A DNA stretch of 64,000 nucleotides from Anthoceros angustus (lineage: Eukaryota > Plantae > Anthocerotophyta). Below are positions 10,230-23,432 of this stretch, piece by piece. How positions within the stretch are numbered: position 1 is the first letter of the stretch; every line of letters begins with the position of its first letter. Position numbers and translations under genes: made by a program. The stretch covers positions 930,001-994,000 of the forward strand of contig MU008167.1 in assembly GCA_010909165.1 (NCBI GenBank), in the 5' to 3' direction. The notes below the pieces were generated by a model, which was not told the origin of the DNA, did no database searches, and saw nothing but the letters and a program-made list of their open reading frames with translations.

Positions 10230-13130
10230 CGGCAAGTGAACAACATCCGCCGGCTGATCCACGCGGACAGAACAACCTCTGTCCTGTTGCGCAACCTTGG
10301 AAAAGAGGTTCTTCACCGCGACCTTGGTCCCCTTGGGAAAGAGTGTCTTCACCGCTGCAGTGGTTGCAAAAGGCGGCAGCGCATTGTGCACCACCAAACA
10401 GACAACATCGCCAGCCTCATCTTCCAACACCGTGTTCACAGCATCCAAGACAAATAAACCCAGCCTGTACTACCTTCCCGCGGAGCACACGGCCCTCGTG
10501 CTTCTCCCCATGCTTGAGCTCACTGCATCACCGACTGCACCACAGTCTTGACATTGGAAGCAAAGCAACTCACACTACTCAGGTTTGCAATGCAGTCAGC
10601 CTATGAGCTGTACAACATCCGCAAGGCTCTCAAGATTACAGCCATACCTGGTGAGGATCGGGCGCAGGCTGGACAGCTCGGCTGTGGATATCGATCTAGG
10701 TGCTTCGTGACAGCATTGCAGTGCACTCCGGACTCCACTTTGCTCATGTTCAACCAGGAGCCGGCAAGTGGGTCTTCCCTGGACGAGTGTACGGAACCAT
10801 CATCTGCACTGCCGCTCCCGGCCATCCCTTCCACGACAATCGATATCGGCTTTGCCGCAAGCCTGATACACCAATGCGTTGGGCAATGACCATTCCGCGG
10901 GAACTCGAAGCGCCTCAGTTTCGGGTATGTAATATGAAACAATTCGCTCTTGCCTCTTTGGTGGATTCTCATGTTTTCTTTAGCATGTTGAGCCAGTTAG
11001 GGTTTACTTTACCACTAACTCTCCACTACTCTGACAGAAGAGGTGCGTAGGCTACAGATGCAGATACAGTAGGGGTAATCTCGCGCGGAGACCACACACA
11101 AGGGAGGCCAGCGCACCGAGGTGAACTGGGCGATTTCGACTCTAATTTAAGATATCTAATATTTACCCAACCGGGCTGAAAGATTGAGAGAGAATGAAAG
11201 ATTGTGGAAGAATGGTTCCCCATCCCAGCATTGATCCGCCCGGCGGGGCGCTTAAATGTGGAGCTCTCGTGTCATATGGTGTATGTGCGAAAGATTGTGG
11301 AAGAATGGTTCCCCATCCCAGCATTGATCCGTCCTGCGGGGCGCTTAAATGTGGAGCTCTCATGTCATCTGGTGGCACATACACCCCAATTCTTGGGGGC
11401 TGACAAGCCGAAGGGGGTGATCTCGAGTCATCCTCCACTGCAGAGAGCGGGGGTTTATGGCTGCTTCCTAGTTCTTACTTTTATCAGTGACTCCTCTTGC
11501 TGACCATGAGATTTCTCGAGGTCGCTGAGGAGCAGAGAACAACTATGCCGTCCAAACTAGTCCGACGAGTCACAAAGAGTAACATGACACCAACGGTGCC
11601 TTATTGTCCAACTCGGATTGCTATTCCTTCAAGTTTGCTCATTCGATCCAAAGCTGTCCAGAGCAGGAGTAGTAAATCAGCAATCACACCGACAGCTTTC
11701 TTATGGTGGTGAGTCACCACCATATTCTGCAGCTTTCGCATTTAACAACAGCCAGGGTATGCGGCTGACGGCTTTGAAACTAGATAAGCATTCTGTTCCG
11801 CCAACAAACAGTTAATAAAACAGAGTGAGAATGAAGAATGCACATACTCGCGAACCTCAGCAGCATCAGTTGAGTTTTTCCTCTTCATCTTTTCCAACTT
11901 CTTTATCCACTCCTTCCTCATAGCTGCCCTCTTTGTCCAGCGATCACCTCCACCTGGGAGTTGTAAAAGCCATCAGTTCTTGAACTGGACGAAGATGGCA
12001 GGTGAACACATATACCACAGCGAGAAAAAGAAGTTGTAGCAGCACAGCATAACAATAACAAGACGGAGGGGTAGACCTTCCAGAATGTTGCCAAGTTCCT
12101 TGTTTTACAAATTATCCGTCAGCCTCGAACGTTTACATGGAGGCTGATCTCTGTGACTTGTATCCTCAGCATTCCGTGCTCCCGTACGCGTCTCCTCAGG
12201 CCCTGCAAACACCTCTGGACACTTGATAAGCTCCTTAACCTCTCACTGTGGCTGTGGTGAGCACATAATATTACAGCAAGAAGAAGAACATCCAGCATCA
12301 ATTATCAACATGACCACAGTCACAAGAGGATGGAGTAGACCTTGCCAGGGCTTGCGCACTTCCAAGGTGTAGATATCTGTCAGGCGCTTGAACTGTCGCT
12401 TCGTACGCTGACGTTTGCAAGTATCCTTAGCTGGACTCGGCCGTGTTTCCGCGTTCACGGTCACTGCAACTAAGTATACACCTCCACTCATAAACAAGTT
12501 CCAACCCAGCTCGACTCGGCACCAGACCACAACATATTAATCACTACCGAACCAGCCAAAAGTGACAATCTCCACAAGCCTGATAATGAGGACCAGCTGC
12601 ATACCATTGTCATTCAGCTGGCCAACCCGGAGCTCGAGATACTCGTTTATCCGAGCCATGAGGACCGCCTTGGTGCCACTCACTGGCAATCTCTTGTTGC
12701 GGAGAAAAACCGTCAGCTGCCACACAGACAGCTGTCCAAGCGGCCTCCCATCTGCAAACCAAAGCAAACAATGCAGACGATCGCCATCAAAGAAAGGGTA
12801 GATTTCGCTCTAAGACTTGCAACGCCTTTGGATGGCTTGAACGAGAAATGAACCTTCCACATGCTCGGTTATAAGGCCCTCGCTCAAATCCCGCGGTTTG
12901 ACCTGCATGTGGTTACTGTGTCTACAGTGGCCCCCATCACTGTGACTGCCACCAATTTACATATATTCAATTCAGCTTGCGATGAATCGCATTCCCGCCC
13001 TTGGGATCCAGCAAACACAAGCATACAAATTCTCAGCAATCTGACTTCATCACTCACAACACTTACCTCACCAAATTGACAACTGGTGGCAACGCCGCGA
13101 TCTCTGGTGGAGTGATGCCCCGCTTTCGAC
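10230..13130 (-). pseudogene. Cassette gene copy 2: SAP exon retained, C3H62-like exons deleted, HEGRVL-domain exon retained
   Basis: ORF 12537..12767 has LSVWQLTVFLRNKRLPVSGTKAVLMARINEYL. ORF 10224..10448 has TVLEDEAGDVVCLVVHN..LFPKGTKVAVKNLFSKVAQ..VRVDQPADVV. Nucleotide colinearity with 4280-5800 and 2420-2870, with 2900-4280 missing. Confidence 0.7.
11195..11375 (+). repeat. Dispersed repeat module, tandem x2 (about 102 bp), with a near-palindromic core
   Basis: AAGATTGTGGAAGAATGGTTCCCCATCCCAGCATTGATCCG(C/T)CC..GGGGCGCTTAAATGTGGAG occurs twice. A reverse-complement homolog lies at 63715-63845. Confidence 0.75.
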
Positions 13131-13544
13131 CACTCCCCCTAACCATTATAGCATAGGGAAACTTGATCACAATCCAGATTTGGCGTGCAATCGAACTCTC
13201 TTCCCGATCAACGAGCGCATTGCTATGGTGAGGAGTGCTAGCACGCAAACTGCCGACACGGCCCAAGAGCTTCAGAACATAGGGTATTGGACGAGATTGT
13301 TCTCACAAGCCGTAAAGCAGCAGCGCCTTACCTACAAATTCGTACGACAAACAAATATATGTACGACAAAGTCGTGAGTCGTGTCAGCCTTTGCAATTGG
13401 CCATGCAGTTGCCTTGGCCTTAGAAAGGCTTCCACTTGAGTTCCAACTACAGGCCTCGGGGACTCCTGAAATCGAATTACACATGTATAAATGTCGTCGA
13501 TGGGCAGGACGAACCTACTCGGTCGAGCGAGCAGAGCCAATTCC

Positions 13545-14152
13545 CATAATGGTAATCGATGACCGGGGGAGTGGCGTAAATCTGACTAGTAGCTCAGCTA
13601 CCGGCCCAATCGATTCGCGATCCCCACCAGCAGCCCGCAAGAAGACGGCAAGTGCTGCTAAGCCAAAAGACACAGAAGGAGGTCGCCTGTGTGCTGGTCG
13701 AGATGGCCGCGCTGGGTGCAAAACCACGGCAAGGTGGAGCCACGAAAACCGCGGCCAAAAATCACGTAACCCCAGAAAGGTGTAGATTTTTGAGACAGGC
13801 AAGTTCGTGTTTGTGTGTGCATACGCTCCGGAACGTACGTGCTTGGAAGGTATGGTTTCCGGACCCAGACGTATATGTATGTTGCATGGTTATAGAATCG
13901 ATCTTGATCAAACTTGAGGCACAGGTCTCCTGACATGTGCTCATCATGTCTTGCACGACCAGAGAGAGAGCGGTGCCGGCCGGGCCCCAGCTAGCCTGGC
14001 TCAACCGATCGACAAGGCTTACAGTTTTCATTGTTGATTACTGATCCGGTTGTAAAGTTGGAGCACAGGATCCAGAGGCGCAAAGTGGAGCCAAGACGTG
14101 GTTTCCCTTTGTTGTTTCAGACTATTCACATGACGAGGAAGATTTCCAGTGA
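13545..14152 (+). pseudogene. ULT1-like: ULTRAPETALA-like copy C, degenerate, SAND exon deleted
   Basis: KV*IFETGKFVFVCAYAPERTCLEG|gtatgg matches copy B exon 2. The sequence then jumps to the exon-4 homolog and ends ..HDEEDFQ* at 14152. Confidence 0.65.
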
Positions 14153-16853
14153 GATGGATCTCCATCAGTGTGTGGTCCTACATCTTCGCGCGGCGCAGGC
14201 TCTGAGGGGATCCATATATCCCACTGGAAGTTTTCTCATCTCAATAGTTTGAAACCGCAACCGGAAACAACGTCATGGCTCAAATTCGACCTCTGGGTCC
14301 TCTACTACAGATCCATATACACGTCTGCAGACAGCAATGAAAATCTGGAAATCTGGTCCTGGCTTCCACCTGCTGTCGCCTTCCTGCTGGTTTCCGACTG
14401 AGCACACTTGCCATACTGCAGCAACATCTTTTTCTTTATAACATGTCTCCGATTCCCGGGTGCAGATGATGAAGTTAACCCACATTGCTGCCCACGGGTT
14501 CCGTACGCCAAGCACAGGTTCGACAGCCACAGCCAATTCCCATGGTTTGCACTTGATCACGAGCGCGGTCATATATCTCAACCAGATTTTTTATCCTCTA
14601 GCTTCACCTCTTCTTGTGGGCTCGTGATTAAATTAAATGTGGACAAACACGTCCCAAGGCTGCTCGTGAGCAGTCTCTAACTTACATATGTATATCACTT
14701 CGTGGATGAGGGGGATGCCGGAATTAAATGTGGACAAACACGTCCCAAGGCTGCTCGTGAGCAGTCTCTAACTTACATATGTATATCACTTCGTGGATGA
14801 GGGGGATGCCGGTGCTGACAACCGATGTAAGAATTGTTAAGAGAAAGAGCTGAGCCTTTATGGAGAGGGAACACAATACTCCCATACAATATGGGTTATA
14901 GGCACTTGTTACACTACATACTACCACACAAGCACACAAAAACACTTGCAGACACCACACCTTACAAGTAGGTGGGCTTGGCCTTATATAGTCCTAGCCT
15001 TGATCCTACTGGTCACTTGACCTTGAATCCTATTGGATACTTGACCTTGAGTCCTATTGGTCACTTGACCTTGAATCCTTCTAGTCACTTGACTTGCCCT
15101 TTATTTTTGGACTTTCTAGAAGATACTTTCTAGAAGATGCATGACTTTCAAGTTTGTTATTTTTGTTAGAATGTGGAAGGTTCTTATTAACCTACCAGTT
15201 ATTATTTAGTTATTTAATATCTTGGTTAGTGGTGAATGGTCACACCTTCTCACATGAAGGATTTAAGATAATTTTGTATCCAACATTTTAATTAATTGCT
15301 TTTATTCCTTCTTGCAATTCAACGAGCTTCCGCTCACAAAAGTTTCATGGTATCAGAGCACCAGGTGCTCAATGTCTGAATATATGTTAGAACCATTCTT
15401 GTCTTTCTATATATTGCAGACTCGCTAGTATTCTAGGACCCTAAGGCTTCTAGTGTTACAATGCTTTGCTTATTTAATCTGAATATGTGAAGCATAAGAG
15501 CAATGACGAGGAAGATTTCCAGTGAGATGGATCTCCATCAGTGTGTGGTCCTACATCTTCGCGCGGCGCAGGCTCTGAGGATCCATATATCCCACTGGAA
15601 GTTTTCTCATCTCAATAGTTTGAAACCGCAACCGGAAACAACGTCATGGCTCAAATTCGACCTCTGGGTCCTCTACTACAGATCCATATACACGTCTGCA
15701 GACAGCAATGAAAATCTGGAAATCTGGTCCTGGCTTCCACCTGCTGTCGCCTTCCTGCTGGTTTCCGACTGAGCACACTTGCCATACTGCAGCAACATCT
15801 TTTCTTTATAACATGTCTCCGATTCCGGGTGCAGATGATGAAGTTAACCCCTGCCCACGGGTTCCGTACGCCAAGCACAGGTCTGACAGCCACAGCCAAT
15901 TCCCATGGTTTGCACTTGATCACGAGCGCGGTCATATATCTCAACCAGATTTTTATCCTCTAGCTTCACCTCTTCTTGTGGGCTCGTGATTAAATTAAAT
16001 GTGGACAAACACGTCCCAAGGCTGCTCGTGAGCAGTCTCTAACTTATGTATATCACTTCGTGGATGAGGGGATGCCGGAATTAAATGTGGACAAACACGT
16101 CCCAAGGCTGCTCGTGAGCAGTCTCTAACTTACATATGTATATCACTTCGTGGATGAGGGGATGCCGGTGCTGACAACCGATGTAAGAATTGTTAAGAGA
16201 AAGAGCTGAGCCTTTATGGAGAGGGAACACAATACTCCCATACAATATGGGTTATAGGCACTTGTTACACTACATACTACCACACAAGCACACAAAAACA
16301 CTTGCAGACACCACACCTTACAAGTAGGTGGGCTTGGCCTTATATAGTCCTAGCCTTGATCCTACTGGTCACTTGACCTTGAATCCTATTGGATACTTGA
16401 CCTTGAGTCCTATTGGTCACTTGACCTTGAATCCTTCTAGTCACTTGACTTGCCCTTTATTTTTGGACTTTCTAGAAGATACTTTCTAGAAGATGCATGA
16501 CTTTCAAGTTTGTTATTTTTGTTAGAATGTGGAAGGTTCTTATTAACCTACCAGTTATTATTTAGTTATTTAATATCTTGGTTAGTGGTGAATGGTCACA
16601 CCTTCTCACATGAAGGATTTAAGATAATTTTGTATTCAACTTTAATTAATTGCTTTTATTCCTTCTTGCAATTCAACGAGCTTAGCTCACAAAAGTTTCA
16701 TGGTATCGAGCACCGGTGCTCAATGTCTGAATATATGTTAGAACCATTCTTGTCTTTCTATATATTGCAGACTTGCTAGTATTCTAGGACCCTAAGGCTT
16801 CTAGTGTTACAATGCTTTGCTTATTTAATCTGAATATGTGAAGCATAAGAGCA
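14130..16853. repeat. Tandem duplication 14130-15502 / 15503-16853 including host DNA, the solo LTR part and the copia 5' LTR plus PBS
   Basis: Near-identical copies; ATGACG microhomology at 14130, 15503 and 16854. Confidence 0.9.
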
Positions 16854-17799
16854 ATGACGCGGAGGACAGGGCGTCGTTCTGAGGATCTATTTTATTTCTC
16901 TAATTCTACTGATCATCTTAGAGCCCAGGCAGAATTAGACAACAAATTCCTCAGGGATCGGACACTTGAGCAAGTTCCAAGTTCCAGACGTCCTAGGAGT
17001 ACACATGCACACAAATCTGATGTGAAGAATTGTTGTCCTCCCCGTCCGCGTCCTTGCATTCATCGTTCAAGGTTTTATAATCGCAATCAGCATCAGACTG
17101 AAGACCGGAGTCTGGAGTTTGTTGACCATATACGTGCTGGACAGCTTCTAAATTCCGCCTTCAATCTACAGAAAATTTGCTGATGAGGGTTTCCACACAA
17201 TTGGCTGGTAGGATTACCTCGGTGTATAGAAGACTTCAAGAGATCCAGGCCACGGTAGATGAATTGGTTGTTTCCCTTGAACAATTTAACTCTGGCAGAA
17301 CTACGGCCTTCTCTGCGAGAGATCCACTGATTATCGCCTAGCCTCAAGCAACAGGAGGCTTCCAAGAGGTATAATTACTTACAGATTGTGGTGCCTCAAG
17401 CCATAATTTCAGTGATTGCTCGTAGAATTTTCTTTGGATTCTCGCATCTTCTTTGGCTCAAGAGGTGTCACGGGACTTGGTGGCGGTTGGTGTAGGGAGC
17501 CACCTGGAAAGGTGCCCTAACTTTAGTTTCCACCTGTCCTCTTTTTTTCTGGTAACCCTAAAAACATAAAACTGAAACGTTATTAGTTAAGTTCTTGTAC
17601 CCCTTCTACTCTCCTTCAGTTTGCTGCCCCCTCTTCATATCTTTGTTATTCTTTTGCAGCCACCTTTTCTATTCCAGTTTATGTCTGGGACTTTAGTGAT
17701 GACTTAGATGAGGGCACAGAGACTGAATCAGATTTTCTTCACTCGTTAGCCTCTCAGTTTCCTTCCTTCTCTCCACCTATTCCTCCTGTTTTTATCAAA

Positions 17800-20700
17800 A
17801 TGGCTGGAGGAACATCTTACAGTGGGGAATTTAAGGAAAAGGACAGGTTTGATGGCAAACCTGCAAGGTACGAAAGCTGGCGAGCTAGGATGAAGGCCTT
17901 TCTGGATGCACGTGATGTTTGGGAATTTGTGGATGGCTCCATTTCCCAACCAGGAACCAGTGCATTACTTGAAGAGATAGCCAAATTTAACAAAGGCAAC
18001 AAAATTGCATTTGCCATTTTGCTATCTGGTTTGGATGAGGCCAATGTGACAGAGGTTGAGTTTCTACCAAGCTCGTCGAGACAATCAAGGACACCTATCA
18101 AGTGCAGAACATTCTTACCTTAGTTGCTGCAAGAAATGACTTCTATGGGTTAAGGATGAAGGAAGGAGACACGATAGGAGCGCACATCAGCAAATTTAAA
18201 TACCTCAAGGCTCAGCTCTCCATGCTTGGAAGCAAGCTTGAGGATATTGATGTTGTGGCTCAGCTTCTATCCAGCCTCCCTCCTTCCTATCAGCAATTTG
18301 TCTCAAGTCAGAATTCTTCGTTGCGTTCTTCTGTATCCATAGTGAAAGCTGGAACTGCACCCACTCTTACCCTCAATGAGCTCATTGGCGCTCTACATCA
18401 AGAGGAACAGAGTAGGACACGATCCGGTGGCACGCAAGTGCGCCGCGGATAAGGTCCTTGTTGCATCAAGGGAAAACGTTTGGGCGGGGAGAGACAAGGG
18501 AAGAAGAAGAAGTACCCAACACTGCTCCCTGCCAAGCGTGAAGGTACCGCAAATTGGTGTCAAATTCAGGTCAGAGAGATTGTCGAAGAAGAAGGCTGGT
18601 GAGCCACGAAGGATTCCAAACCTCTAGTTCATGTGGCTTCCAAGGGATCTTCCTCATGAGCTTCTAAGAGTAGCTCTCTCACTGCCGCTTACTTTATGAA
18701 GTCTCTCCACTTTGGTTCATAGACTCTAGGGCGACAGCCCATGAACAATCGACTCCTGTTCGCAACCTCCCAAAGTCAGAAGGAGAAGCAGTTGGTCTAT
18801 GTGGGGGATTCTCGGGGAGTTGATGTGAAGGGTAGTGGTTCAGTTGACATACCTCTTGCGATGGTTCAGTTGCAATTCTGGATGTTCTCTTCGTTCTTGG
18901 AATGTCGAAGAATTTGCTCTCTATAAGAGCTCTTACACAATCGCTTTGGTTGGGTTCATTTGAATTGAACAACTGCTTGTATAAGATTTCCAGCCCTGAT
19001 TTGTGCATAGCAAGAGGTGTCCTGGTTAATGAACTTTACAAGTCTTTGTCCCAAGTTAGTCTTTGTTGCTACATCGGCAAAATCTGTTGCTGAACTGTGG
19101 CATGCTCGCCTTGGTCATATCAACAAGGCAAAATTGAGTTTGATGTCTTCTATGGACTGTTACAAGGAGAAACTTCCAGCTCAATTCAAGGACCTTCCTG
19201 CTTGCAAATCATGTATCTTATCTAAGCAGAAGGAATTACCTTTTAAAAATAAGGATGCTACCAGGGCCACTGAGGTACTTGAGCTTGTCCATGCTGATAT
19301 TACTGGCAAGCTGCAAGTCTCCTCCTTAGGGGGCGCTTGGTATTATCTCACTCTTAGAGATGACTACTCTCGATTCACTTGGACATTTCCTATGAAGTTG
19401 AAGAGTGAGGCATTTGATAAGATAGCCGCTTGGATTCCCCTGGTTCAACGACAAACTGGAAAGTTAGTTAAATGTCTACGGACTGATAATGGTGGGGAAT
19501 TTCTTGGGGCAAAGTATGATGATCTTCTTCAGAAAAATGGAATTAGAAGGCAACTCACGTTCCATACACTCCTCGGCAAAATGAGTGGCGAGAAAAATCG
19601 ACTTTGATGGGGATGACACGTAGTATGCTCTCCTGGTCAGGACTTCCAAAGGGATATTGGGCAGAGGCAATTGTGACGGCTACTTATATCTTAAACAGAG
19701 TTCCCACAGCCTCTTTACCTGATACAACCCCTTTTGAAGCCTTTTGGAGCAAGAAACCCAGTTTGCTGCATCTTCGTGTCTTTGGCTCCCCTGCTTTTGT
19801 GTTCATTCCTGTGTCCAAACGTCAGAAGTTAGATGATAGGTCCAGGCCCTATTTCTTTGTAGGCTATTCAGAGGAAAGTAAAGCCTACAAGCTGTATGAC
19901 CCTAAGACCAGGAAACTCACACTTGCTCGTAGTGTCACCTTTTGTGAACTACATTCTCCTAACACTGTAGAAGATTCGTCGCATTTTCTCCTTCACGTGA
20001 GTCATGGCGAAAATTCAAGATGACACACCTAGTCCTCCACATGTTGATTCTTCTCCCGCTGTTTTTGCTGATTATCCATTTTCTGATGGTGAGTCCGAAG
20101 CCACCTAGAATCTTCAGCTACTTCTCAACATGAGGAAGGGAAGACACAATCTGACCTTAATGAGAATGCATCAATGGATGGTGTTGGTCATTCTCCCGAT
20201 GATGATCCGGAAGGATCTCGACGGTGATGGCCTCTCTCCACCTCATGAAGACCACATTCCCGCGGTATCTCGTGAGCGCGATCTGTGAGGGCTGAGCCTC
20301 CTTATCACCGTGGACTTGAGCATGGTGCTCATGTTTCTAGCCTACATGTACCTGATGTAAGGCCAGATCCGCAATCCTATGAGGAAGCAATTCATGGACC
20401 AGATGGACACCATTGGCGGATTTCAATTGATGATGAGTACAATTCCCTTATGAAGAATAACACTTGGGAACTTGTTGATCTTCCACCTGGTAGGAAACCT
20501 ATTAGCTGTAAGTGGGTCTTCAAGACCAAGCTTAAATCGGATGGAACAGTGGCTAGATACAAATCACGCTTGGTTGCGAGGGGGTTTAGTCAAATACCAG
20601 GTATTGATTATGGCGATACCTTCTCACCGGTTGTGAAGCCACCTTCTGTCCGTATGTTGCTAGCCATGGCTGCTGAGTATGACCTTGAAGTCCAACAGAT

Positions 20701-21890
20701 GGACGTATGTACAGCTTTCCTGCATGGGGAGTTAGAAGAAGTGTTATACATGCAGCAACCAGAAGGCTTCATCAACAAAAAATGGGCTAGGAAAGTTTGC
20801 AAGCTGCTAAAGACTATTTACGGCTTGAAACAAAGTCCAAGAGCATGGTACAAGCGGATTGTGAAGTACTTGAAGAAGCTCGGTTTTCTACAATCTCCAG
20901 CGGACAACAATGTGTTTTACCTTTCCTGTGGTCTTTTGTTGTTCTCGCACTTTACGTGGATGATTGCGTTCTTCTCGGTAATAGTACTCCCCAACTAGAA
21001 AGTTAAGACTATGCTTGTGAGTTTGAAATGACCGATCAAGGATCTGGATTACATCTTGGCCAGTTTTGCGTCAGTGCAGCCACATTATTCTTCATCAAAC
21101 TAAGTACATCAAAGAAATTCTTAAACGCTTTCATATGGATGAGGCCCGACCTGTTACGACTCCCTCTGCAGTGGGGGAAAAGCTTAGTATAGATCAAGCT
21201 CCTCAGAGTGCAGCAGATCTTAAAGATATGGCATCTGTTCCTTATGCAGAGGCTGTCGGTTGCTTGATTTTCCTGGCCAATTGGACTCGACCTGACATCA
21301 GCTACAGTGTTAGTATGGTTTCGCAGTTCCTTAAGCAGCCTGGACGCGCACACTGGACAGCTGTTAAACGTATTTATCGTTATATCAAGGGCACTATTTC
21401 CTTTGGTTTACAATATTCAGCAAGTGGGAGCAAGTCACTTTTACTGACCTCTTTTGCTGATGCTGATTGGGCATCCAATCGTCTGTGAAAGAGTCTCTCT
21501 CGCTTATTGTTTCCTTCCTGAGTGCATTAGTTGGTTGCAAGAAACAAGCTTCTCTTGCTTTGTCTTCTCTGCCGAGTACAAAGCCACGGATGCAAGGAGG
21601 CCGAGTGGGGAAGCGTCAATTTCTTGATTCGTAAATCAATCACAATCGTCCTACTAGTCTGCTGATAATATGGGTGCTATAGCTTTAGTTGCTAACCCTA
21701 GGTTTCATGCTAGGACTAAACATATAGAGCTCTATCATCACTACATCCGGGATGTTGCAGAGAGAGGAATAGTAAAGGTTAAGTATATCAGCACATAAGA
21801 TAACACTGCTGATATTTTAACTAAGGCTCTTCCTAAAATTAAGCACTTTAAGCACCTAGAGTCTCTAGGTCTTAGGGAGTTTCATTTCTA
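17800..21890 (+). pseudogene. gag-pol: copia-1 gag-pol (gag, integrase, RT, RNase H), multiply frameshifted
   Basis: KDRFDG..W gag; LWHARLGH; CKSC; LVHADITG..LTLRDDYSR..LRTDNGGEF; KPISCKWVFKTK; QMDVCTAFLHGELEE; LYVDD; TRPDI; ADADWA; FHARTKHI. Confidence 0.92.
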
Positions 21891-22155
21891 ATTTAAGAGT
21901 TTTACTACTTGGGCCTTCTGGGTGGCCTTCGACAAAATTTCACAGTTCTTCAGCTTGGAGTTTTACTAGCTGCTAACTTCTTAGCTTGCTAGTTTTCGCC
22001 ACCTGAGTCTGTTTACATATTTCAAGGCATCCATGATCAGTGTTAAGTTGTCTGCACATTACATGTCAGTACTGTGGATGAAGCATATAGGTTAAATAAA
22101 ATCGTGAACTGACTAGTAATTGATCTAAGGGTTAGTATTTTTCAACTGACAATTA

Positions 22156-22443
22156 TTACTGCAGATTATTTTTACCTTTTGAAGACGCTTCGGGCACTAT
22201 CCACTCTTCCCACTCTGCATCCAGTGAGTGTAGGTCTTGGATGTCCTGCTCTAGGCGAGCTATCCTTCTTCTTATCACTCCTTGGATCTTTTCTCTGTCC
22301 TCCTCAAAGTGCCTCTGGTCATATCTCACATCTGGATGACGGTTAGGATCAACACGCATCGGACCTCTACGGAGTTTTTCCATTGGCCGTGTATCTAGAG
22401 GTGACCTAGGAGGATAAACTGGGATGGGGGGCAGCATACTCAA
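22156..22443 (-). CDS. Antisense accessory ORF (95 aa, predicted coiled coil) in the copia-1 3' region
   Basis: ORF track gives ..FEEDREKIQGVIRRRIARLEQDIQDLHSLDAEWEEW.. between RNase H and the 3' LTR. Confidence 0.45.
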   Translation of the reverse strand: MSMLPPIPVYPPRSPLDTRPMEKLRRGPMRVDPNRHPDVRYDQRHFEEDREKIQGVIRRRIARLEQDIQDLHSLDAEWEEWIVPEASSKGKNNLQ

Positions 22444-23432
22444 AGTTGGAATGGGTCTGGAGCCTGATGCTGTTGAGTCTTGAATATATAGGGTTTACAA
22501 CTGCGTGGCTATTTCTCATGCCCAGATGCCTGCATCTCATGTTTAGGATGTCTCCATTTGAGGGTGCATCCCTTATGGGTTGTGGAGAAAAAGCCAGTTA
22601 CAGGGAACAAAGGAGCAAGGACACAAGATTGAGTGGTGGAGGCGCACCGTCGTTCTGCCGCATCGTCGGAGTCGGGCTGCGATTGCGCTTGGCGAGGGCA
22701 TACGGATGTCTCTCGGCGTCGGCGTTGTGGGAGCGTGAGCGGTCACGGTGATCCGGTCTTGCCATCACCGTGCGCGCCTCGGCACTCGGCCGCTTGTTGG
22801 CGCCCTGCAAGATTGCCCCTTGGGGCGTGACCTCCCACGCTCATCCGCGCGCCGCCTCCTCCATTGTTACGGAGATACCCTCGGCATCGGCGGCAACCGC
22901 CCGTGTTCGCTGGTTTTTCGAGTCCATGGCTGGTGTGTTTTGAAGCCGGCGCGGGATACGGCTTTCACGGGTGAAGGAGGTATGGGTCTTTAATGCCCAA
23001 CAACCCCCATTACCCCTACATGTGCATGGTGATGGGTACATAACGGTATTTTTACCCGTATCTACCCGTATTTACCTGGAATTACCCGTATTTACATGGA
23101 GTTACTCGTATTTACCTGGAGTGGTGGAATTAAAAAAATAATTACCTGCTTAGGTTAAGTGGGAGTGTTAGAATGTGGAAGGTTCTTATTAACCTACCAG
23201 TTATTATTTAGTTATTTAATATCTTGGTTAGTGGTGAATGGTCACACCTTCTCACATGAAGTACTTAAGACAATTTTGTATCCAACATTTTAATTAATTG
23301 CTTTTATTCCTTCTTGCAATTCAACGAGCTTCCGCTCACAAAAGTTTCAATTTTTAGGGCACTCTTCATAACCTGCTTTTAGGGCACTCTTCATAACATA
23401 TTTTGATATGTTGTAATAAATCACTTATAACA

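Larger units (their letters stand above)
15164..23349 (+). mobile_element. Ty1/copia LTR retrotransposon 1 (three LTRs because of the tandem duplication)
   Basis: 184-bp TG..CA LTRs at 15164-15347, 16520-16700 and 23166-23349. PBS TGGTATCAGAGC (tRNA-Met) at 15348. 5-bp TSD ATTTT at 15159-15163 and 23350-23354. Confidence 0.95.
14835..23432 (-). mobile_element. Solo LTR (TGTTA...TAACA, about 400 bp: 14835-15163 plus 23355-23432) split by the copia-1 insertion
   Basis: 5-bp terminal inverted repeat, flanks AGAAT/AGAAG (4/5 match), a TATATAA box on the - strand, and internal about 23-bp GGTCACTTGACCTTGAATCCTATT repeats. Confidence 0.5.
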
